The translations under genes and the position numbers were made by a program. Positions 56,350 to 64,000 of a DNA stretch of 64,000 nt are shown piece by piece (position 1 is the stretch's first letter; each line of letters starts with the position of its first letter). The notes under the pieces are model-generated. The model was not told the origin of the DNA and did not search any database. It saw only the letters and a list, made by a program, of their open reading frames with translations. Source of the DNA: a virus (taxonomy: Duplodnaviria > Caudoviricetes); IMG/VR virus record IMGVR_UViG_3300023053_000001, positions 64,001 through 128,000 of that record. The stretch is one strand, 5' to 3'.

Positions 56350-58437
56350 ATGTCTGGAGAACTGCAAGCCAAATCGTGGTCTCCGGCCCACGTCACTGTG
56401 CCGCTGCGTATGGTCGGACAGGGTGTGGGTACGGACGGTCTGTCACTGTCTGTCCAGCCCTCGCTCGGCTATTCCGCCAACGGTAAAGTCAAGGGCATGG
56501 TTCGTCCTCAGGGTCGCCATTGGTTCGTGGTCACCGTACCCCAGCCGCTGACTGGTAACAATGATGCCAGTAGCCTGCAGTTGGATTTCGGCCAACATTC
56601 TCGACTGGGCCATGTCTCGGTACGCGGTAACGTTATCAGTGATGGTACCAACGAGATCTACATCCCCTCTGGTCCGTTCAAGCTGTTGGTCCTGATCGAT
56701 TTCACCGATACCACCAATCTGGCCACCGTGCGCGTGTTGGGTCTGTCCAACGGCAGTGAGACCACGCTGGCAACGCTGAACCTGCCCGTGGAGTCCACGG
56801 ATCTGGGTCTGATGATGGGCCTGTCGCTGCACTCGCTGCGCAACGACGCACTGACCGCTTCCATCGATGCAACCAAGCCGGCCTTGGCGCCGGTGCAAAT
56901 CCCGATCGGCTACGAGCCGCTGGTCATGGTGGGCGCTACCATTGATAGCTCCATCGCCACACCGGCAATGCTCCAGGCTGATCGCGATGGCGTTTATGAC
57001 GACTACGTGTTCCGCAAGGGTAGCCAGTTCATGTGGCTGACCACCGGTCTGCATGCACTGCAGCCGGTCAGCGTGTATCCCACCTCCAAGGACAATGCCG
57101 TCGTTGACGGCAAGCGCGAGTTCACCAAACCGGTGATTGTCCAGGGCATGGAGATCCGCGCGGACCTGCGTAATCTGGCGGTTCGTCGCCCCACCACCGT
57201 TGCGGCACCGGGTCCGAGTTTCACTCTGCTCAACACAGGGAACTTGCCCGTCTTCGCCAACGGTCACGTGATTGGCCCGATCATGGACAACGCCCTGAAG
57301 ATCCGCAATACCGTTGCGATGGGTGAAGGTTTCGGTGGTGCGCTCAACGTATCCGAATCGGCCTTGATGACCATGGCCTCTGGTGCAGCTGCTACTGTGG
57401 ATCGCTCCTCGATCTTCGGTACCAACTTGCTGCCGCAGGTGGTTGCCATCAAGCGTGCCACGGTGTTGGGTAATGACATCGGTAAGGTCGCCACGCAGTT
57501 GGAAGACACGGTCGCCGCCGGTAATGACCTGCTTGCTGCGATGACGGAGATCTTCAACTCGGTCGTGATCGGCGCGCGGGCGCACAATGCCCAGCAACGT
57601 ATTGAACGAGCCGTCACCATCGGCCATGGCGCGGCCCACACGGCCATCGCAGATGGCGCTGTGGTGTTGGGCTATCGTGCAGGCTATACGGGCACAGCGC
57701 TCAATGCAGTGGCTCTGGGCAGCGATGCTGGTACGACGCTGTTTGACTACTCTGTCGCGCTGGGCGCTGAAGCGCAGGCTCCGGGTAAGCGCGCCGTGCA
57801 GCTGGGTCGCTTCGATAACCGAGTGGTGGGACATCACGGCTACAACACTCGCGCCGATGAGCGTGATGTGGGTCGCCGGCAGATGGCCACCAGCCTGGGT
57901 CTGGCATTCATCCGGGAGTTGAAGGTCGAAGAGATCGGTTGGAACTACCGCGATGCCTACATCGATGCATTGCCTGTCCCACCGCGTCCGTTGTCCGCTG
58001 AACCGACGGTCCCCACCATCCAACCCAATGAATCGGGTTACCAGGATGCATTGGTGGCTTATCAGGAAGCCAGCCGCCTGTGGTTGATTGATCGTGATCG
58101 CTACAGCGCCGAATCACTCAAGTACGCTACGGCTATTGAACGTTGCATGCGTCAGCGCATGTTGCGGGAAAAGCAGCCCGATGCCAGCAAGACTGACCAG
58201 CGGTTGGAACTGACGGTACTGGCCGACTCCATTGAACTGGCTGCCCGGAAGGTGGGTGCCCCGCAGTCGATCGTCACCGACTACAGCGCAGGCGGCCAGC
58301 AGGTCAAGACCCGCGATGATGGCCAGATGATCGCAGCGCTGGTGCTCTCGGTCCAGCAACTGGACGCCTACGTGCACAGTGATGAATTCGCCGAACGTGT
58401 GGCCGCGCAACAGCTCAAGCTGATGCACGGTCTGTAA
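56350..58437 (+). CDS. tail fibre/spike with YadA-head-like repeats and chaperone-like C-terminus
   Basis: GAGG RBS; SVVIG / AVTIG / AVVLG / AVALG / SVALG repeats; LGLAFIRELK. Confidence 0.72.
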   Translation: MSGELQAKSWSPAHVTVPLRMVGQGVGTDGLSLSVQPSLGYSANGKVKGMVRPQGRHWFVVTVPQPLTGNNDASSLQLDFGQHSRLGHVSVRGNVISDGTNEIYIPSGPFKLLVLIDFTDTTNLATVRVLGLSNGSETTLATLNLPVESTDLGLMMGLSLHSLRNDALTASIDATKPALAPVQIPIGYEPLVMVGATIDSSIATPAMLQADRDGVYDDYVFRKGSQFMWLTTGLHALQPVSVYPTSKDNAVVDGKREFTKPVIVQGMEIRADLRNLAVRRPTTVAAPGPSFTLLNTGNLPVFANGHVIGPIMDNALKIRNTVAMGEGFGGALNVSESALMTMASGAAATVDRSSIFGTNLLPQVVAIKRATVLGNDIGKVATQLEDTVAAGNDLLAAMTEIFNSVVIGARAHNAQQRIERAVTIGHGAAHTAIADGAVVLGYRAGYTGTALNAVALGSDAGTTLFDYSVALGAEAQAPGKRAVQLGRFDNRVVGHHGYNTRADERDVGRRQMATSLGLAFIRELKVEEIGWNYRDAYIDALPVPPRPLSAEPTVPTIQPNESGYQDALVAYQEASRLWLIDRDRYSAESLKYATAIERCMRQRMLREKQPDASKTDQRLELTVLADSIELAARKVGAPQSIVTDYSAGGQQVKTRDDGQMIAALVLSVQQLDAYVHSDEFAERVAAQQLKLMHGL

Positions 58438-58459
58438 CCTGAACCTAGAGGTATTCGCG

Positions 58460-60451
58460 ATGTATTTGACACTCGACGCACTGATGCGACTGCCGCTGGC
58501 TGAGAAAGCGGAGTTGTTTCAGAAAGTGTTGGTTCAGCACGCCGGTAAGTTCTATCAACTCGAACTGAACGCGCTGGGCCAAACCCTGCTCGGGGAGATC
58601 CCCGAACAAATCCGTCAGTTGCAGAACAGCCCGCAGCCCTCGCCTTGGGCGCGGCCGATGGTTCTGCGTGTGACTGGTGATGCTGAAGGTAACGTGGTGT
58701 TCGACGGTACCCAAGACGTGGAAATGGAGCTGAAGTTCAACTACGGCAATCTCTCGGTAGATGACGTAGAAGGACTGGCTCCGATCCTGCTGAGCCTGAC
58801 CCGTCAGGTCAAGGCAGCCGTGGAGGCGTCTGGTGCCGAGGGCGCTGCCAAGCTCCTCACCCCGATCACCATCAAGCTCGAAGGCGATGTCACCGGCTCC
58901 CTGGAGAAGTTCGATGGCAGTAAGGACGTCTCGGTACGTCTGGCGCTGTCTGAGACGCTGCGTAACCAGCTGAAGAACTCCTTCCTGGGTACCATTGCCA
59001 TTCCCGACGTAAACGCCGACACGGTGGCTTACACGGGCGCTGTGGCCGTCACGGGTGGTACGAACTTCCCGGCCGGCACTGGCTTGCTGTGGAATGTCGC
59101 CGGCGCTGCCAAGGTCGGCGGTCAGTTCTTCCAGAGTCCGGAAGGTCGCCTGTGGCACCGCATGACCGGTGGGGACAAGAAAGTTGCCTTCACTGAAATC
59201 CACACCACTGCCAGCTTCAATCCGGACAGTAAGGCTGAGAAAGCCGACGCTCTGGGATTGGTGCGTGAGTCCAAGGATCTGCACGCTCAGTCCCTGGCGG
59301 CACTGAACCGCTGGCAGAAGGGCGCCGCTAACGCTCCGTCTGATCGTGGCGTGTATCTGGAAACCGTTTCGGCTTCCGGTCGCCGCGATGCGCTGTTGGG
59401 TAACCAGTTGGACCGCCTGATGTTCAGTGCGGACGGTCGGGTGTTCCATCAGCAGAACGTGGACAACGGTGATTGGACTCGACGTGAGTTCTATCACACC
59501 GACAACTTCACTCCGGCTGATAAAGCGGATCTGCGCAATCCGAAGTTCCTGACTGGCGTAGGTATCTACCCCGGTTCGGCGAGTACCTCGCAGAACCTGC
59601 TGCACCTGGGTTGGGAGTCGGGTAAACACCGCTGGAAACTGGATCTGGAATCTGATGCCAGTCTCACCCTGAACGCCTATAGCGCCGATCGCAAGGAACA
59701 GCATCGCCTGATGCGCCTGCGTTCACGACTGGCCGGCGGTAAGAGTGAGCTGGAACTGCTGGCCAATCGTACTCGCATCGGTGTGGGTACGCTGACGGCC
59801 ATCTACGGGTTCAATCAGGATGATTGGGGTCTGTTCAATACCGCCACCACCATCGGCTTCACCGACGGCAAGGAAGCGATTACGTACGTGACCAAGCATG
59901 ACCGCACGCTGATCCATGAAGGTTCACTGGAAGTGGACAGTCGCATCGAAGCACGGCGCGTGTACGCGCAGTGGGATGCGGGTATGGATGGCGGCATGTC
60001 CTGCGACAACTGGTTCCGTTCGGCCGGTAACACCGGTTGGATGAATGCCACCTACGGGGGTGGTTGGTACATGACCGATGAGAAGTACATCCGCTCCTAC
60101 AACGACAAGCGCGTTCTGGCCGGTGGCTTCTCCATGTCCTTCCGTCACGTCAACCGTTCCAGTATCCGCAAGCTGGACTACAACGGTGCCCTGACCCCCA
60201 TCCGGTTCTACAACATCGAAGAAGGCGTCAACGACTACGGGTTTGATTTGGCGCAGTTGGCCGAAGCGTATCCGGAAGCAGTCGAAACACGCAACGGTGC
60301 CACCTGTGTCAGCGTCAACGCTGTCGGTGCCATCTTGTCCGCCCAAAACAATAAGATCGAAAGCGACATCGGCGACACCAATTCGGAAGTGGAGCAATTG
60401 AAGGAACGCGTTCGTGTTCTGGAAGAGCGCTTCGCGGAGTTGGGCCTTTAA
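58460..60451 (+). CDS. tail fibre with knob-like repeats and C-terminal chaperone/coiled coil
   Basis: GAGG RBS; V.FDG..DV repeats, NWFRS.G.TGW....YGGG.YM, YGF.LAQL.E.YPEAV. Confidence 0.78.
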   Translation: MYLTLDALMRLPLAEKAELFQKVLVQHAGKFYQLELNALGQTLLGEIPEQIRQLQNSPQPSPWARPMVLRVTGDAEGNVVFDGTQDVEMELKFNYGNLSVDDVEGLAPILLSLTRQVKAAVEASGAEGAAKLLTPITIKLEGDVTGSLEKFDGSKDVSVRLALSETLRNQLKNSFLGTIAIPDVNADTVAYTGAVAVTGGTNFPAGTGLLWNVAGAAKVGGQFFQSPEGRLWHRMTGGDKKVAFTEIHTTASFNPDSKAEKADALGLVRESKDLHAQSLAALNRWQKGAANAPSDRGVYLETVSASGRRDALLGNQLDRLMFSADGRVFHQQNVDNGDWTRREFYHTDNFTPADKADLRNPKFLTGVGIYPGSASTSQNLLHLGWESGKHRWKLDLESDASLTLNAYSADRKEQHRLMRLRSRLAGGKSELELLANRTRIGVGTLTAIYGFNQDDWGLFNTATTIGFTDGKEAITYVTKHDRTLIHEGSLEVDSRIEARRVYAQWDAGMDGGMSCDNWFRSAGNTGWMNATYGGGWYMTDEKYIRSYNDKRVLAGGFSMSFRHVNRSSIRKLDYNGALTPIRFYNIEEGVNDYGFDLAQLAEAYPEAVETRNGATCVSVNAVGAILSAQNNKIESDIGDTNSEVEQLKERVRVLEERFAELGL

Positions 60452-60476
60452 GTCAGACGCAATTTAGGAATTCACC

Positions 60477-62414
60477 ATGGCTCTCTCCTTTACCAGCTTG
60501 CGATTGCTGGATTCACAGGCGACGCCGACGGACTCCCTCTTCTCCCTGGTCTGGGATGGTAGTGGCGAGTTCAAACGCTCTAGCCTGTCTTCGTTGCGCC
60601 AGTACATGGTGGGAACCCTGCAGCAGGAAGTGGACCAGATCAAATCCGACGGCGTGCCGTCGGTCTGGCCTGCTAACCGGACGTTGTCGTTGACCGGACT
60701 GGTTACCGGTTCGGTTGCCTTCAACGGCTCGGGCAACATGTCGATCACCACAGCGATTGCGGACAACGCACTGTCCATCGCTAAGGTCAATGGGCTGCAG
60801 GGGGCCCTGGATGGGAAGTTGGCCAGTACCGGTACGGCAGCTGCCGCCACCAAGCTGGCCGCGTCCCGCAACTTCTCGATGACCGGACCTGTCACTGCCG
60901 CGGCGGTGGGATTCGATGGTTCCGGTAACGTTGCACTGGCATCGGCCATTGCCGATGCGGCATTGACCATTGCCAAGACCAACGGTCTGCAGACGGCGTT
61001 GAACGCGAAGGCACCCATTGCCGATCCGACGTTCACTGGCATTGTCTACTTCGACGTGGACAACGGTTCCACCGGTAAGGGTCGCATCATGCCCGCCGGT
61101 ACGACCGGTGTGAACTACGATGCGGTCACCCACGATGCTTCGGCGTTTGCCCCGTTGAATCTGCGCGGTACGGCGGTGACGATCAACGATCAGACGGTCT
61201 GGCATGCCGGTAACTTCAATCCGGCCGGTAAGCTGGACTCATCGGTTCTGTCCACGCTGTTCCAAGATCGTGGTGATCTGGGCGGTGCAGTGGATCTGAA
61301 TACGGTGGTTAGTGCCGGTCTGTACGCACAGCGACTGAATGCGGGTGCGCAGGGCGGGTCGAACTACCCGGTGGCATTGGCAGGTAAGTTGGAAGTGTAC
61401 CTCACCTCCAACAATGACATGGTCTACCAGACCTATCACGTCTACCAGTCCAGTCGCATCTTCGCACGTGGCCGCTACGGCGGCACGTGGTCGGCGTGGA
61501 ATGAGATGCTGACCACTGCATCGATCAATCCCAGCGAGTATGCCAAGCTCGGCGCCAACGTCGCTTTCAACTCGATGTCTACCGCAGAACGCATCACTGC
61601 TGTCGGTACCAATTTGGTATTGGCCGCTACGGGTGCTGCCAACGCAGGCGCAATCATCTTGCGTCCTCAAGGCGGTAATTCGGAAGTCAATCAGTTCCAG
61701 TTCAACTATGCCGGTAACGCGTTCATCCCGGAAGGGATTTTCGCCAAGGTGTTTGTCAGCGCCAATGGTTCGGACGGTGAGAAGTACCGGGTTGGCGATG
61801 ACGTCGCCTTGTGGGATGTGGGTGCAGCCAATACCCTCGGTCTGCGCGGTCAGCAAGACGGTAACCAGGCGCAATTGCAGTTCGGTGCCGGCGGCCCGAT
61901 GCTTCGTCGCAATGGCAGTACGTTGTGGTCGGACAGTCCCGGCCATTTCGCCACCGTGACCATCGGTGCCGATGACGATCTGTTGATGTATGAAACCGGT
62001 GCCAATAACGGCAGTCTGGGTATTCGCTACGGCAACAACCCCGGTTACTCGTATGCTTCATTCAGCGCTGATGGCACGTTGTACGCACCTGACTTTGCCA
62101 TGTCTTCGGATGAGCGCCTGAAGAAGAACATCGTCAATCTGGTCTACAACGGCCGTCTGACTCCGCGTCAGTACCAGTGGATTGCCAACGGTAAGTGGGA
62201 CATCGGTTTCATTGCACAGGAAGTGCGCAGGCTCTATCCGTGGCTGGTGCGCCGTAACGAGCGAGGGGAACTGACCATCGCCTACGACAAGCTGTCAGCA
62301 ATTTTGTCTCACCAGATCAACGCTCTGGAAGATCGCGAAGTCAAGCGTGACCGTAAGGTGGCTCGACTGCAGCGTGAAGTCCGTGAGCTGCGAAAGCTGG
62401 TTCAGGGGAAATAG
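60477..62414 (+). CDS. tail fibre with knob domain and Peptidase_S74-type intramolecular chaperone
   Basis: VWHAGNFNP, DLNTVVSAGLY...WSAWNE, SDERLKKNI, IGFIAQEV..LYP. Confidence 0.85.
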   Translation: MALSFTSLRLLDSQATPTDSLFSLVWDGSGEFKRSSLSSLRQYMVGTLQQEVDQIKSDGVPSVWPANRTLSLTGLVTGSVAFNGSGNMSITTAIADNALSIAKVNGLQGALDGKLASTGTAAAATKLAASRNFSMTGPVTAAAVGFDGSGNVALASAIADAALTIAKTNGLQTALNAKAPIADPTFTGIVYFDVDNGSTGKGRIMPAGTTGVNYDAVTHDASAFAPLNLRGTAVTINDQTVWHAGNFNPAGKLDSSVLSTLFQDRGDLGGAVDLNTVVSAGLYAQRLNAGAQGGSNYPVALAGKLEVYLTSNNDMVYQTYHVYQSSRIFARGRYGGTWSAWNEMLTTASINPSEYAKLGANVAFNSMSTAERITAVGTNLVLAATGAANAGAIILRPQGGNSEVNQFQFNYAGNAFIPEGIFAKVFVSANGSDGEKYRVGDDVALWDVGAANTLGLRGQQDGNQAQLQFGAGGPMLRRNGSTLWSDSPGHFATVTIGADDDLLMYETGANNGSLGIRYGNNPGYSYASFSADGTLYAPDFAMSSDERLKKNIVNLVYNGRLTPRQYQWIANGKWDIGFIAQEVRRLYPWLVRRNERGELTIAYDKLSAILSHQINALEDREVKRDRKVARLQREVRELRKLVQGK

Positions 62415-62424
62415 ATGTAAACGT

Positions 62425-62457
62425 CGAGGGGCCCCTACATTGGGGGCCCCTCGTTTT
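62425..62457 (+). terminator. hairpin with T tract
   Basis: CGAGGGGCCCC...GGGGCCCCTCG-TTTT. Confidence 0.7.
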
Positions 62458-62471
62458 AAAGGATCTTCACC

Positions 62472-64000
62472 ATGGCTCTTACTTACGCAAAAATTTCGGG
62501 CCTACAGGGACTGCCGGAGGTTACCGGCGATCCGCTGTTGATGGTCCAGTCAGGAGACAACTTTTACAACGCACGCCTTTCGCTGCTGACGGCCCACATC
62601 ACCAAGGCCCTGAGCGATGAGGTGGCAGCAGCCAAGCTGGACATTGCCGATCTGGATCAGCGATTGGATTCGCTGGAGTTGTCCCCGGCCGGTAAGTCGT
62701 TGTGGCCGCAGGAGCGCGGCATTTCGCTGGGCGGTATCCTTTCCGGTACCGTGCGCATGGACGGCTCCAAGGATGTGACCATCGAGGCAGTGGCACTGCC
62801 GCAGTCGATTCCGCAATCGGCTGTGCTGCATTTGGAAAGTGACCTGATGGATCTGGACGCTGCCAAGGCAGATGTCAACCACAACCATCGGGTCGCAATC
62901 GGTGATCTGATGGGGCCGGTTGCCAATATGCCGTTGGGTCCGACCTCGGCAGCAGCAACGCTGGAAGCGCCGCCTGAAGGGGCTACCATCCTCAACGTCA
63001 ACGCCGGTGGCGATAACGTTGCGCAGATGGCCTTCGGTCGTGATTCCGGTGAGGTGTATTGGCGGAGCTATGGTGAAGATGCTTTCGGGGGTTGGATCAA
63101 ACTGCTGGTGGAAGGGTCGATTGACCTGAGTAACTACCAGCAGAAAAACACCACCGCGCAGTTCACTGATCTGAACATCCGCACCACCAGTACCAACGGT
63201 CTGATCGATCTGGATTTCCTCAACAGCGCAGGTACGCGTGTCAGTTCGCTGGTGTACAACCAGGCAGACAAATCGCTGGCCCTGCAGCGCTGGAAGGATG
63301 GGGTAGTCACCGATGAGCTGAAGCTCACCGATACCGGTCTGTTCTACGGCGAGAACGAAGTCTGGCACGCTGGGAATTTCACTCCCGCCAACAAAGTCAA
63401 TGTGGGCGGTGCGGCTGCGGACTACATGTCCAAGACCAATGTGGAATACGGTCCGGGCGCATCGTTCAACGTCAACGATCTGGCGGTGGGTGTACGTGCT
63501 TACGTGGCGCGTGAGAACACCAACTCGCCCGGCTCGACCTCGGCCTATTACTACATCGAAACCCTGCTGGTGGGTACGGGAACCGATCGCCTGCAACGGG
63601 CATGGTCGACGACTACCGCAGAGGTACTCGCCCGCGTCCGTGTGGCCAATGCGTGGTCGCCGTGGCGTCTGGCGTGGGATAGCGTTTCGTTTGACCCGAC
63701 GTCCAAGCTGGACAAGACCGCTGCCGCTGCCAGTGCAACCAAGTTGGTGACCTCGCGCAACTTCTCGATGACAGGCGTCATCAAGGCCGCTGCGGTGGGT
63801 TTCAATGGTACGGCCAATGTGGCATTCACCACGACCATCGACGATGGCGCGCTGAGTATCGCTAAGGTCAGCGGGTTGCAGACGGCACTGGATGGTAAGG
63901 CCAACGCTCAGAATGCCAGCTTCACTGGCAACATGACGATGTCCGGTGACATCATCCCCGATGTGGACAACGTGCACTCGTTGGGTTCGCCCACCAAGAT
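62472..64000 (+). CDS. tail fibre protein, 3'-truncated by the window edge
   Basis: Read from the sequence (not in the ORF track): MALTYAKISGLQGLPE..., VWHAGNFTP, WSPWR, ATKLVTSRNFSMTG shared with the 60477 gene. Confidence 0.8.
   Translation, partial: MALTYAKISGLQGLPEVTGDPLLMVQSGDNFYNARLSLLTAHITKALSDEVAAAKLDIADLDQRLDSLELSPAGKSLWPQERGISLGGILSGTVRMDGSKDVTIEAVALPQSIPQSAVLHLESDLMDLDAAKADVNHNHRVAIGDLMGPVANMPLGPTSAAATLEAPPEGATILNVNAGGDNVAQMAFGRDSGEVYWRSYGEDAFGGWIKLLVEGSIDLSNYQQKNTTAQFTDLNIRTTSTNGLIDLDFLNSAGTRVSSLVYNQADKSLALQRWKDGVVTDELKLTDTGLFYGENEVWHAGNFTPANKVNVGGAAADYMSKTNVEYGPGASFNVNDLAVGVRAYVARENTNSPGSTSAYYYIETLLVGTGTDRLQRAWSTTTAEVLARVRVANAWSPWRLAWDSVSFDPTSKLDKTAAAASATKLVTSRNFSMTGVIKAAAVGFNGTANVAFTTTIDDGALSIAKVSGLQTALDGKANAQNASFTGNMTMSGDIIPDVDNVHSLGSPTK

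Noticed and set aside
2301-62457. CRISPR array or REP/IS elements as the explanation for the repeated hairpins
   Set aside because: They are single, dispersed, located at gene ends and variable in sequence, with no spacers, transposase or target duplications.
56350-64000. Diversity-generating retroelement or invertible shufflon among the tail fibres
   Set aside because: Shared blocks differ at all base types rather than adenines only; no reverse transcriptase, invertase or inverted cassette occurs in the window.

Overview
The window looks like a segment of a high-GC phiKZ-like (nucleus-forming type) jumbo phage genome. This rests on the gene order DnaB-like helicase / small ORF / 742-aa major capsid protein / membrane-anchored ORF / split RNA-polymerase beta-type subunit / portal-like gene / baseplate-like gene / tail-fibre array. 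Accessory blocks encode RecJ (partial), an amidase, PhoH, a complete class Ib ribonucleotide reductase operon (nrdHIEF), a lipoprotein SleB-type hydrolase, a CYTH protein, DHFR and many hypothetical and paralogous virion proteins. No tRNA, rRNA, CRISPR array, intron or intein was recognised. Three observations stand out. (1) An in-frame 20-codon extension lies behind the capsid UGA stop; its peptide (LAEVVANTVLPGLTYP) matches the C-terminus of another virion protein at 11 of 15 residues, with differences concentrated at synonymous sites, which suggests programmed readthrough. (2) An ~800-nt, apparently non-coding, densely base-paired region with long crossing stems (24775-25575) is a candidate large ncRNA. 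(3) A family of about 20 intergenic hairpins, most followed directly by TATG, may couple termination to late-promoter function. All family assignments come from motif recognition by eye, not database searches. The host is not determined.
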